Below are positions 46,558 through 55,497 of a stretch of 64,000 bases of DNA, in pieces. Below the pieces are notes generated by a model. It was not told the origin of the DNA. It made no database searches and was given only the letters and a program-made list of their open reading frames with translations. Position numbers and translations under genes: made by a program. This stretch comes from a virus, in the IMG/VR virus record IMGVR_UViG_3300031521_000009. One strand, 5' to 3'. Numbering within the stretch: the first letter of the stretch is position 1; the number at the start of each line of letters is the position of its first letter.

Positions 46558-46755
46558 ATGGCAACTGAAATAAATAAAGAAGCATTGGAATTAATAGATA
46601 ATTTTATTATGCTTAATCATCAACATGCTATTGATAGCAAAGAAGATTATGGTATGTCTTATTCTTATCATATCAAATGTGCATTATTAGTAGCTGAGAT
46701 TCAAAAAAGAAATGATTTACTAATTGAATTAAATAATATTTTAAAAAAGGAATAA
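46558..46755 (+). CDS. Hypothetical protein, 65 aa
   Basis: KEALELIDNF...IKCALLVAE pattern. Confidence 0.65.
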   Translation: MATEINKEALELIDNFIMLNHQHAIDSKEDYGMSYSYHIKCALLVAEIQKRNDLLIELNNILKKE

Positions 46756-46756
46756 A

Positions 46757-47032
46757 ATGAAAACAATAAAAATGTTGTTCGTAAAAGAACCGGTAGCTAT
46801 CGTACCAACTATTGAGTTGCGTAGATACTCTTATGATACCAAAGAAGAACTAAAAGTTGGTGAAGTATATTCTTCTCCATCTTATCCAAAAAACTTCTTA
46901 CAAGTAGACTCTATTGAGCCGAAAGACGATAACCTTGCGTTGCCATATAAGATTAAAGAACTTGTTATTGGTGAACCGCCGGCGATTGCAGTAAGTAACA
47001 CAAACTTAGTATATCTCAAAAAAGTAAATTAA
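46757..47032 (+). CDS. Hypothetical protein, 91 aa
   Basis: RRYSYDTKEELKVGEVYSSPSY. Confidence 0.65.
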   Translation: MKTIKMLFVKEPVAIVPTIELRRYSYDTKEELKVGEVYSSPSYPKNFLQVDSIEPKDDNLALPYKIKELVIGEPPAIAVSNTNLVYLKKVN

Positions 47033-47033
47033 G

Positions 47034-47435
47034 ATGAAAAATCTCATTTATAGCATATTGTCGATAATTTTGTTTATCGGTATGTTCCTTGGTCTTGAAT
47101 ATGATTTCCGAACAAACAATAATCATGTTCTTGGCTTATTCTCACCTATTCAATGGATGGCAGTACTATTCCTATTTTGGATAACTATTGTACTTTTGAA
47201 TATATGCCTTGCTTATGCACTAAAACGTGTACATAAAGCTTCAAGCCTATTATTCTATATTGAATCAGATGATGAATGCCAGTTATATGTTATACCTTTT
47301 ATGCAAGTCATTGTGCTTATAAATAATTTATTTTGTTGGCTTGCTATTATCAATGGTCGTATAAATGACGAAGATCGAATACAAGAAGAGTTTGAAAAAG
47401 AGTTTCATAAAAAAACTATTGGTTCAAAAAGGTAG
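47034..47435 (+). CDS. Membrane protein, 133 aa
   Basis: Three hydrophobic helices. Confidence 0.65.
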   Translation: MKNLIYSILSIILFIGMFLGLEYDFRTNNNHVLGLFSPIQWMAVLFLFWITIVLLNICLAYALKRVHKASSLLFYIESDDECQLYVIPFMQVIVLINNLFCWLAIINGRINDEDRIQEEFEKEFHKKTIGSKR

Positions 47436-47733
47436 TTCTCTCCTTAATGGCTTTCGTTATTATCATATTTCTTCTTATACATCTTTCAAGAAACACTTTG
47501 TAGATTATTCTTCTTTCAATCGGAGCTATTCGTATGCACCGGTTGAATTTGTGTGTCTTGTATACTGATAATGTAAGAAAACCTCCACGCTTAATGATAT
47601 GGGAAATTACTTGACCATAATAGTTCAGTAGTCTTTCTATATCGTTACGCGTGACAGATTTAAAATTTACTGGATCCTGTTCTTTTACTTTGGCCAGGAC
47701 TCTTTTACTTATTTCCTTATTTGTAAATAGCAT
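47416..47733 (-). CDS. HU/IHF-like DNA-binding protein, 105 aa (start MLFTNKEI)
   Basis: NKEISKRV...TRNDIERLLNYYGQVISHIIKRGGFLTL; own promoter on the minus strand. Confidence 0.55.
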   Translation of the reverse strand: MLFTNKEISKRVLAKVKEQDPVNFKSVTRNDIERLLNYYGQVISHIIKRGGFLTLSVYKTHKFNRCIRIAPIERRIIYKVFLERCIRRNMIITKAIKERTTFLNQ

Positions 47734-47750
47734 ATCATAATGATTTGCGA

Positions 47751-47758
47751 CAAAGATA
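47751..47758 (-). promoter_or_regulatory. Bacteroidota -7 promoter element (TATCTTTG)
   Basis: 17 nt upstream of ATG 47733. Confidence 0.6.
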
Positions 47759-47782
47759 ACACTTTCATAAAACATAACGTAA

Positions 47783-48148
47783 ATGAAAACAAAATTAGTA
47801 AAACCAAATTTAAGCTCGTTTGAGCTATCTAAATTGAATTTCTATGCTGACTACTTAGGTTACATATTTAAGTTCAACAGAGAGAAGCAAAGCGCCCTTT
47901 TTGAAACCATAGAAAAAGAAGTTGCATACATACAAATGGATGAATACAATCATCTCTTTCTTGTGTGGAAAAATGATGAACGTATAGAATTTATTGATGA
48001 AAAGATAAATATTTGTATGAAACTACATGATATCAATATTTTCCCTGATGTATTTTCTACATTATCATTAATTATTGGTATGCATGTAATAACTGGAGAA
48101 ACAGTTTCAAAACAAAAATATAAAAAGCTATGTCTACACACTCTGTAA
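47783..48148 (+). CDS. Hypothetical protein, 121 aa
   Basis: ORF in replication cluster. Confidence 0.6.
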   Translation: MKTKLVKPNLSSFELSKLNFYADYLGYIFKFNREKQSALFETIEKEVAYIQMDEYNHLFLVWKNDERIEFIDEKINICMKLHDINIFPDVFSTLSLIIGMHVITGETVSKQKYKKLCLHTL

Positions 48149-48465
48149 CTACAACCTATGATGAGTTCTTAGATAAGCTTTATGTTCTTTGTCCTATTGG
48201 TAATGCTGAGGTAATATACCAGGTTATGCTTACCATATTGAATAAACCACTTCCTACTAAAGAATTGTTGACATTTGAATTACTATGCAAGCGATTCAAA
48301 GATTATCAGAACTTCATTAAGCCGTTCAATGCCGGCGAGAAACAGTTCATCAAAAAAGACAAAGAAGAGAAAGAACTTGGAGCATATATTCAATTGGAAA
48401 TGTACAAGAATGATTACAGTAAACAACACAACGATCCTAATGATTTTTATTTATTTGGAGTATGA
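48130..48465 (+). CDS. Hypothetical protein, 111 aa
   Basis: Coupled to the helicase start (ATGA). Confidence 0.65.
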   Translation: MSTHSVTTTYDEFLDKLYVLCPIGNAEVIYQVMLTILNKPLPTKELLTFELLCKRFKDYQNFIKPFNAGEKQFIKKDKEEKELGAYIQLEMYKNDYSKQHNDPNDFYLFGV

Positions 48466-49856
48466 AAGATAAACCTATTGATTTATTTAACCAACCTAAA
48501 GTAGTAAAACCAAAGAAAGAAAAGAAACCAAAGAAGTCAGCTGACCGGGACCCGAATGTTACTCTCAATAAAGAACAAGAAGAAGCCATTCAGCTATTAC
48601 GAGCTTTTTTGAAATCTGATACTGATTTTGATTTTACTATTGAAGGTAAAGGAGGAACCGGAAAATCCTTTCTGATTCAAGAGTTATTTAAACGCAAGAA
48701 ACAGAACTCAGATGAATGGTATGTTCCGAATACCGTAATTGGTGTATGTGTTACTCACATGGCACGTATCAACCTTATGAAGTCAATACCGAATACTACT
48801 ACTTATGCTTCTGCAGCTAATCTTACAGCAATGTATGATCCTAATGGAACATTGTATTTTGTAGAAAAGTATGGTGGTAGTCAGTTTTCGGAACTTATGG
48901 GATATAAGTACATCGTAGTAGATGAATGCTCTATGTTCTCAAAAGGTATGATTGCTATGCTTCGTAAGTGTTGCTCTAAAACAGCTAAGATTATATGGCT
49001 CGGTGATTCTAATCAGTTGCCACCAATTGAAGCTGATGGAGATAATGATAGTCCTACTTTTGATTTCAAGAACAAGTATCGACTTACCATTAAAATGCGT
49101 CAAGAGAATGAAGATCATATAGCAATTCTTGGTGACGAAATTTGTGAACATATTGCCGGTGATAAAGATGTTTCTTTCCTTTCTACTATGACTCAGCAAT
49201 GGGATGCAGTAAAAGGTAAAGGATATTCAATTACAACCATGGACAAAGCCATAGACAGCTATGTAAAGAACTTTCAGGCTGGAATGGATATTCGTATCAC
49301 TGCATACAGAAACAAGCGTATAATCGAACACAATAAAGTAATTCGGAATATGCTTTGGGTGGAGAACTCAAATGAAATGTATGTTCCCGGCGAACTTATT
49401 GTTATGAATGAACAGTATGCACCACACATGAATATTATCGCGTACAATGGACAATCATTCCGTATTCAAAATCTACATATTGAAATGGTAGAGTTTGTTG
49501 AATGTTTTGTCATATCAGTTCCAAAAGTTGGAAGAAAACCTAAATCAAAAGAGACAGTGCAATTGCTTGTTCCTACTGAAAATGGTTATCCTCTTTACAA
49601 AAACCATTTGGATAAGCTGAAACGTACTGCGATAAAAACGCATGAATGGTCCGAACATCAAGCTTTCAAAGGAAAGTTTGCCAATATATCGTATGGCTAT
49701 GCTATGAATAACTATAAGATACAAGGTAGTACCATAAAGGGATGCTATGTAGATTTAAGTGATATCATGAGTGTAAAGCCTATATCAAACAAACGTAAGT
49801 TACAAGCTTTTTATGTCGGAGTAAGTAGGCCGACTTCATTTTTAGCAATATTTTAA
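48462..49856 (+). CDS. Dda/RecD-like SF1B DNA helicase, 464 aa
   Basis: LNKEQEEA, GKGGTGKS, VVDECSM, GDSNQLPP, MRQ, YKIQGST, YVGVSR. Confidence 0.92.
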   Translation: MKDKPIDLFNQPKVVKPKKEKKPKKSADRDPNVTLNKEQEEAIQLLRAFLKSDTDFDFTIEGKGGTGKSFLIQELFKRKKQNSDEWYVPNTVIGVCVTHMARINLMKSIPNTTTYASAANLTAMYDPNGTLYFVEKYGGSQFSELMGYKYIVVDECSMFSKGMIAMLRKCCSKTAKIIWLGDSNQLPPIEADGDNDSPTFDFKNKYRLTIKMRQENEDHIAILGDEICEHIAGDKDVSFLSTMTQQWDAVKGKGYSITTMDKAIDSYVKNFQAGMDIRITAYRNKRIIEHNKVIRNMLWVENSNEMYVPGELIVMNEQYAPHMNIIAYNGQSFRIQNLHIEMVEFVECFVISVPKVGRKPKSKETVQLLVPTENGYPLYKNHLDKLKRTAIKTHEWSEHQAFKGKFANISYGYAMNNYKIQGSTIKGCYVDLSDIMSVKPISNKRKLQAFYVGVSRPTSFLAIF

Positions 49857-49859
49857 ATT

Positions 49860-50015
49860 ATGATAATATCAATATTTGATTACAACATCAGTGGTATTCC
49901 ACCAGTTGTCGGCCCTATTGATTACCAACCTCATATGCAAGGTCATATTCATTTCGAAGAACGTAAGTTTCCGATAAGTGATATTACTCTTGAATTTATT
50001 TATGTAGGATTTTAA
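49860..50015 (+). CDS. Hypothetical protein, 51 aa
   Basis: Fills the gap between flanking genes (MIISIFDYNISG...). Confidence 0.5.
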   Translation: MIISIFDYNISGIPPVVGPIDYQPHMQGHIHFEERKFPISDITLEFIYVGF

Positions 50016-50025
50016 AACAAATAAA

Positions 50026-50325
50026 ATGAAAAAATTAATTCATAGTCCAGCACCTTGGTATCCTATTCAATTTGCAGGAATATATATGCTTAATGATTCT
50101 GATAATTACGAATCAAAAGTATTATTATATTGTGATGAAGTAGGTGAAGATATTGCTGAAACAAATGCTATAATAGCATCTAAGGCACCAGATATGTATA
50201 AAGTATTATTTCAAGTAATACATCATGATGATAATGTAAAAGAATATTTTAGATTGCCTGATCCTGTAAGAGAAATAATTGATAATATTTTAAAAGATAT
50301 TGAAACATTAAAAACAAAAACATAA
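50026..50325 (+). CDS. Hypothetical protein, 99 aa
   Basis: HSPAPW...NAIIASKAPDM motif common in small phage proteins. Confidence 0.7.
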   Translation: MKKLIHSPAPWYPIQFAGIYMLNDSDNYESKVLLYCDEVGEDIAETNAIIASKAPDMYKVLFQVIHHDDNVKEYFRLPDPVREIIDNILKDIETLKTKT

Positions 50326-50577
50326 ATGATTAAAATTGGACTAAAAGCAAATGCTCAATGGTCTTTTGAAGCAATGAATGGCAATACGCTTGGTGGTGAA
50401 ACTGATACTTCACGACAATTTAGTAGTATTATGCATCTTAGTCCGGAACAGTTCTTTGATTATAAAGAACTTCTTGACCAACATGGATTTGATAGTATTA
50501 AGTCACTGACTGAGCTTACAGAGAATCAAAAAACTGAGTATAAATGTGACTATATATGTCATGTAATTAAAAAGTAA
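50326..50577 (+). CDS. Hypothetical protein, 83 aa
   Basis: Coupled ORF. Confidence 0.6.
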   Translation: MIKIGLKANAQWSFEAMNGNTLGGETDTSRQFSSIMHLSPEQFFDYKELLDQHGFDSIKSLTELTENQKTEYKCDYICHVIKK

Positions 50578-51075
50578 ATGGCAAAAATTTGTAAACACGA
50601 AACATGTACGTTTCCAATATTCTCTCACAACTATTGTCGTAACCATCAACACCTACGTACTGATGATAAAGCACAAAAAGTAAGAACAGCAATAACTACT
50701 TCTATTAATACAAAGAGTAAAGCTATAAAGCCTAAGTTTCGGCAGCCGACTGGTGAACTTGAATTATTCAAAGAAGTATGGAACGAACGCCCACATGTTT
50801 CAGAACTTAGTGGTGATAAACTATACTTCTTTGATATCAATAATTTCCACCATTTGCTTACTAAGAAAACGTATGAGCAATTTCGGTTGTATAAACCAAA
50901 TATCATTCTTCTTACAAAAGGTGAACACTTTCAAATACATAATGTAGCTCAAAGTGTGCTTGTATCACAAGATAGTAGATGGCAGAAAGTATTTGAGAAA
51001 TATCAACAACTAAAAGAGAATTACAACTATGGCCGAGAAACGGAATTACAACAGAAAACCACCATTACCGGCTAA
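50578..51075 (+). CDS. HNH-fold (NinG/Ref-like) nuclease, 165 aa
   Basis: N-terminal C-x4-C...C..H; FHHLLTK...NIILLT..EH...H. Confidence 0.65.
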   Translation: MAKICKHETCTFPIFSHNYCRNHQHLRTDDKAQKVRTAITTSINTKSKAIKPKFRQPTGELELFKEVWNERPHVSELSGDKLYFFDINNFHHLLTKKTYEQFRLYKPNIILLTKGEHFQIHNVAQSVLVSQDSRWQKVFEKYQQLKENYNYGRETELQQKTTITG

Positions 51076-52534
51076 TGATTTTGGTAAACTCCCACCACAA
51101 GATATTGAATTTGAAAAAGCAATTCTTTCAACAGTCATTAATTATCCTGATAGTTTGGGTTTTGTGCTTTCTATTATTAAACCTCAATGTCTTTATAAAG
51201 TAACACATCAAAAGATACTAGAAACATTAATGGGAATGTCTGAACAGGAGGTTCCCATTGATAATACTACTCTTGTGCATGCTTTACGTAAGAATGAAAT
51301 GATTGATGATGTAGGTGGTCCATATGCAATAATAGTACTTGCCGGTGAACCTCATTCACAACAAAACTTGGAATACTATTGCTATGTGATATTTGAAATG
51401 TATGTTCGACGTACTATGATTGAACTGTTCTCAAATGAAATCAATAACTTATACAAATACGATGTAGATATTAAAGAAATCTATGAACGTGTTTATGAAG
51501 AGTTAGAAAAGATATTTGAGAACTTCAATGATAAACAGATTAAGCACATGAAGAACTCAGTTGATAAGGCTATCAATGAAATTCAGAACTACTCAAGTGG
51601 TAAAGATATTTCATACCTTAGAACTGGGTTTAAATTGCTTGATGAACATGTATATCTTGCTCCAAAGTTTATCCTTGGTATAGCAGCATCACGTGGTGCC
51701 GGTAAGACTAGATTTCTTATTGAACTTATGCGTTCGATATTTGAAATCAATCCGGAAGATGTAGCTGCTCTATGGTATTCAATGGAAGATAGCGATACAA
51801 AGATCATTAGACTGTTCGCTGCAAAGAAAACAGGACTTACTGAGGCACAAATGCAAGGTAAAGGGTACAAACTATCCAATGACGAATTAAAGTCCGTTAC
51901 AGGAGAGATAAACAAGTTTTCTAAGTATGATATAGATTTTGTAAATGAGCAAGAAACAATGTCAACCATATCACGTACTTTCAATCGATTCATAAAGAAA
52001 AGAGAAAAGAAAGTATGTTTTCTGATTATTGACAATATCATGCTTATTGATGATTTGTATAACAGCCCAGCCGGTTCCAACCAAATTCAAATTGAAGATA
52101 AGGTTGCGGCCAGCATTCGCGCTATCGTAAACAATGCCGATAAGAAAGGACATAAAGCTATTGTGATATTCTTGCACCACATGACAAAGGAAATGGAGAG
52201 TAAGAATAATTTCGAAGAAGCCTATCGTCCTAAGCTTAGTCACATGAAAGGAACCACTCGTTTTGCTGATGTTGCCAATGGTATTATTCTATTGAATAAC
52301 CCGGGCATGCATAAAGATCTTATCAAAAAGCATTCTTCTCTTCCGGATATCAATTGTATCAATTCAAATGGTACTTCTATGTTTGTAAAAAGAGAAAAGC
52401 TTTTAAAGAATATGCTTATTGCTGAGGTAGCAAAGAATAGAGATGGTGATATGTCTGACGACTCTAAAGCTATCCAACGATGGATAGTTGATTTCGGTAC
52501 TATGAAGTTTAATGAATTAAATACTCAAAAATAA
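51029..52534 (+). CDS. dnaB: Replicative DNA helicase (DnaB family), 501 aa
   Basis: DnaB N-domain LPPQDIEFEKAIL; Walker A ASRGAGKT; YSMED; IIDN; RPKLSHMKGT; VAKNRDG. Confidence 0.92.
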   Translation: MAEKRNYNRKPPLPANDFGKLPPQDIEFEKAILSTVINYPDSLGFVLSIIKPQCLYKVTHQKILETLMGMSEQEVPIDNTTLVHALRKNEMIDDVGGPYAIIVLAGEPHSQQNLEYYCYVIFEMYVRRTMIELFSNEINNLYKYDVDIKEIYERVYEELEKIFENFNDKQIKHMKNSVDKAINEIQNYSSGKDISYLRTGFKLLDEHVYLAPKFILGIAASRGAGKTRFLIELMRSIFEINPEDVAALWYSMEDSDTKIIRLFAAKKTGLTEAQMQGKGYKLSNDELKSVTGEINKFSKYDIDFVNEQETMSTISRTFNRFIKKREKKVCFLIIDNIMLIDDLYNSPAGSNQIQIEDKVAASIRAIVNNADKKGHKAIVIFLHHMTKEMESKNNFEEAYRPKLSHMKGTTRFADVANGIILLNNPGMHKDLIKKHSSLPDINCINSNGTSMFVKREKLLKNMLIAEVAKNRDGDMSDDSKAIQRWIVDFGTMKFNELNTQK

Positions 52535-52731
52535 TGGAAGAAGAAAAATTAGGACAAAAACCAATTTGTCCATCATTAGGATATGGTCTTGGAATGTCTC
52601 AAAGATTATTTATTGCTACAATGGCAATGCAAGGATTTCTTAGAGGTGATGATACTTTAATACATTCAGAAGATGTTGCAAAATTATCATTTGAATATGC
52701 AGATGCTCTTTTAAGACAAGAAAATGAGTAA
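52534..52731 (+). CDS. Hypothetical protein, 65 aa
   Basis: GMSQRLFIATMAMQG...ADALL, a widespread small phage protein pattern. Confidence 0.75.
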   Translation: MEEEKLGQKPICPSLGYGLGMSQRLFIATMAMQGFLRGDDTLIHSEDVAKLSFEYADALLRQENE

Positions 52732-52942
52732 GATTGATGGTAATGTACCAAAACGTTTTCCTAATACTAAAAAGGATTACGTAAAGTATCTGAATGAGCT
52801 TGGTGAATCTCTCGGGGATGATGAATTTATCATTGCCGGCATAATGCGAAAGAGAAGAGATAACTATGGATAACTATTAAAAGACAATGATCCGGTTGCT
52901 TTCAACCTTGGTTACAATGAATGGAAATTAAATCAAAAATAA
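52724..52942 (+). pseudogene. 72-codon ORF interrupted by an in-frame TAA at 52871-52873
   Basis: ...RRDNYG*LLKDNDPVAFNLGYNEWKLNQK*; the frame continues with a protein-like motif after the stop. Confidence 0.65.
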
Positions 52943-52946
52943 ATAA

Positions 52947-53138
52947 ATGGAAAACGCGTATAAAATTGTAGTAAGCAAAGTGTATTACATATCTCATGAA
53001 GAAGCACGTCAACGTAAAGCAAATGATGAAACAGAACGTGAATGTGCAAAACGTCTTGCTCTACGTAATATGGAAGAAGATGGACGTAATGGGTTCCTAG
53101 AGCCTTGTGAAGATAATTTTCAAGTTCATATAATATGA
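52947..53138 (+). CDS. Hypothetical protein, 63 aa
   Basis: Coupled ORF. Confidence 0.6.
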   Translation: MENAYKIVVSKVYYISHEEARQRKANDETERECAKRLALRNMEEDGRNGFLEPCEDNFQVHII

Positions 53139-53380
53139 ATAATGCAATAGAAATTAATTATTCTCTTTTTAAAGATGGATTGGGAATGGATGAAATTAGA
53201 AATATGTTTTATTCATATTGGGAATCAAACACATTTCAAAATGATGCAGTATCAAAAGGACTTCTAGAATTTACAAAAGGAAGTAAATTTATTCAAATTA
53301 AAAATGAATCAAATGAAACTGTAAAAAGTATCTTAGTTGATAGTAATACAGGTTCAATAATAAAAATAAATCATGAGTAA
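53135..53380 (+). CDS. Hypothetical protein, 81 aa
   Basis: Coupled ORF. Confidence 0.6.
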   Translation: MNNAIEINYSLFKDGLGMDEIRNMFYSYWESNTFQNDAVSKGLLEFTKGSKFIQIKNESNETVKSILVDSNTGSIIKINHE

Positions 53381-54266
53381 AATATTCGATTTTAAATCAA
53401 ACAATGTTCAAGAAATGGAACTTGATGTTCTAAAACAAACATATCATGAAAAAAACTTCGATGGTAAACCCTCTTTCAATGGTATCTATCACTATGAACT
53501 TATTGAACGTATTGCTGCTATAATAGCAAAAAACAATATCAACTTCAATATTGAGTCAATCTTTGCCGCTAACAACAAAAAGGCCGGTCGTGATGGTGTA
53601 TCAGTATCAAAAGAATTAGAAGCTCAGTATGGAGATAATTCTATTCAAGCGCATGTTCTTCGTCGCGTATTTACTACTATCCGGATTAATGATTTGGAAG
53701 ATGATGAAACGAACACCGGTCTTGCAGTTGCATTTCACCAAGATGGAATTCAGATAGCTATTGGCCCTAACGTAAAGATTTGTCATAACCAATGTATTCT
53801 TGCAGCTGACAGAATGATTTCTACTTATGGTGGAGATGGCAAGATTAAAGACCTGGACAAAGTATTTCAAATCATTGATGATTGGATGCAGAACTTTACT
53901 GAGCAACGTTCACATGACCAAAAGGTAATATCGCGCATGAAAGCAATTGAAGTGTCTTACAACGATACTATGGCGCTTATTGGCCGGTTGAATACTATAC
54001 GTGTTGTAAAAGATTCTTCTGAAAAATCATTGAAGAAACTTGAAGCAAATGTAGGTAGAAATTATCCTCTTAATCAAACACAGATTTCAACATTTGTTGA
54101 GAACTATCTATTGGAATGTATTAAGCGTGATTCTACGAATATGAGTTTGTGGGATATCTACAATATCTCTACTGAATTGTATAAGCCCGGGCAAACTGAT
54201 TTTCCAAATATTATTGGACAGAACATTGCTTGGTCTGAGTTCTTAGTAAAAGAATATAATCTTTAA
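53373..54266 (+). CDS. DUF932-like protein, 297 aa
   Basis: IAIGPNVKICHNQC and SLWDIYNISTE motifs. Confidence 0.65.
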   Translation: MSKIFDFKSNNVQEMELDVLKQTYHEKNFDGKPSFNGIYHYELIERIAAIIAKNNINFNIESIFAANNKKAGRDGVSVSKELEAQYGDNSIQAHVLRRVFTTIRINDLEDDETNTGLAVAFHQDGIQIAIGPNVKICHNQCILAADRMISTYGGDGKIKDLDKVFQIIDDWMQNFTEQRSHDQKVISRMKAIEVSYNDTMALIGRLNTIRVVKDSSEKSLKKLEANVGRNYPLNQTQISTFVENYLLECIKRDSTNMSLWDIYNISTELYKPGQTDFPNIIGQNIAWSEFLVKEYNL

Positions 54267-54276
54267 AAATATCATT

Positions 54277-54735
54277 ATGGAATTTGTTGTAAAAATAGAA
54301 GATAATTGGATTGAAAATATTTATATTGTTGATGAAATAAAACATCAAATTATACAAAGTCTTTCAAAACAAATCACAGAAAATTTATTAGAAGGACATG
54401 TAAGATTAGTTGGTGAAATTGCAAGTAAAAAAGTTATTGAATCATTTGATGCAATGGCAAATAAAGCAACTGCTGATTTTATTGAAACTGGTAAATTAAA
54501 ATCAAGTAGAAGTTCGGCAATGATTAGTGTTGCAGAATATATTGCTGAAAAATTTGAGTATAATTCAAATTACAATAGTCAAAAAGAATTGATTGAAAAA
54601 CTTGCTAATAATTATTCTGTTGAAATGAAAAACAGATATGATATGATGTTTGCTTCTCAACTCGTTATAAAAATGAGTGAACAAGGTTTATTGAAAGAAG
54701 GAGTATTTGATTCATTGATGAAAAAGGATGAATAG
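54277..54735 (+). CDS. Hypothetical helical protein, 152 aa
   Basis: ORF in operon. Confidence 0.65.
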   Translation: MEFVVKIEDNWIENIYIVDEIKHQIIQSLSKQITENLLEGHVRLVGEIASKKVIESFDAMANKATADFIETGKLKSSRSSAMISVAEYIAEKFEYNSNYNSQKELIEKLANNYSVEMKNRYDMMFASQLVIKMSEQGLLKEGVFDSLMKKDE

Positions 54736-55342
54736 CATGAAAGACGTAAATATTGAAAATGCTTTTGTAGTATTGAAAGGTAATCACATGTCAAATGACA
54801 TTGAGCTTGGTAGTATCTTTCTCGAATGTAAATGCGAACGGTTCAAATTGAAAGTTCTTTCTTATGAACGTAAATTTAAAGATGGGAATACTATTTTTGA
54901 ACTCGATATTGAAAATCCACATGATTTCAAAATGGCTGTATTTATCAATAATGAAGTGTCATTGAGTTATTGGACAAAGAAACGTTCTGATGTGTTTATC
55001 ATTGGTATGATGCCAGTTATCTTAGCTGATGGAACAATTCGATATTTTGTATTCAATCAGTTTGCAGAAGAAAAATTGTACATTGCTCCAGGTAATCATT
55101 TAGGAATGGAACTAACAGTAGTAAAATACAAAAGTTGTACTGCTACATTTGGTGAAGGACCTGGTTGGGCGACTATCTACAGTATCGATAGCCATCAAGA
55201 AGGACAAGGACATGCTCAGGAACTACTTATTCAAGCAAAAGCGTATTATTCCTTACTTGATAAAGAAATGGCTTCTACAGTAGCTTTAAACCCTACTGTG
55301 GAGCATATCTTGGAAAAACTTTCTATTAAAGAATACAAATAA
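54728..55342 (+). CDS. Protein with C-terminal GNAT-like acetyltransferase motif, 204 aa
   Basis: IYSIDSHQEGQGHAQELL resembles the GNAT acetyl-CoA-binding motif A. Confidence 0.5.
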   Translation: MNSMKDVNIENAFVVLKGNHMSNDIELGSIFLECKCERFKLKVLSYERKFKDGNTIFELDIENPHDFKMAVFINNEVSLSYWTKKRSDVFIIGMMPVILADGTIRYFVFNQFAEEKLYIAPGNHLGMELTVVKYKSCTATFGEGPGWATIYSIDSHQEGQGHAQELLIQAKAYYSLLDKEMASTVALNPTVEHILEKLSIKEYK

Positions 55343-55387
55343 TTAGCGAATTGTTTGGTAAACTTATAGAATTGTCTTTTCTTTGCA

Positions 55388-55483
55388 GTGTTCAATCGGA
55401 GTGACTATCGAATGAACATTCGGTAGTACCCTTTTGATACACTTAAGACCCCGAAGGAATGTCACTCCCTTTCGGGGTTTTTT
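55388..55483 (+). promoter_or_regulatory. Two-hairpin leader with loop-loop complementarity ending in an intrinsic terminator (attenuator-like)
   Basis: Hairpin 1 GTGTTCA/TGAACAT carries GGAGTGAC; the loop of terminator AGACCCCGAAGG/CTTTCGGGGTTT carries GTCACTCC. Confidence 0.65.
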
Positions 55484-55497
55484 GCGTTTAATAATTA

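Noticed and set aside
24018-52534. Inteins or introns in terL, MCP or dnaB (common in Crassvirales)
   Set aside because: Protein lengths are normal and no intein C/S...HN or LAGLIDADG motifs or frame breaks were seen
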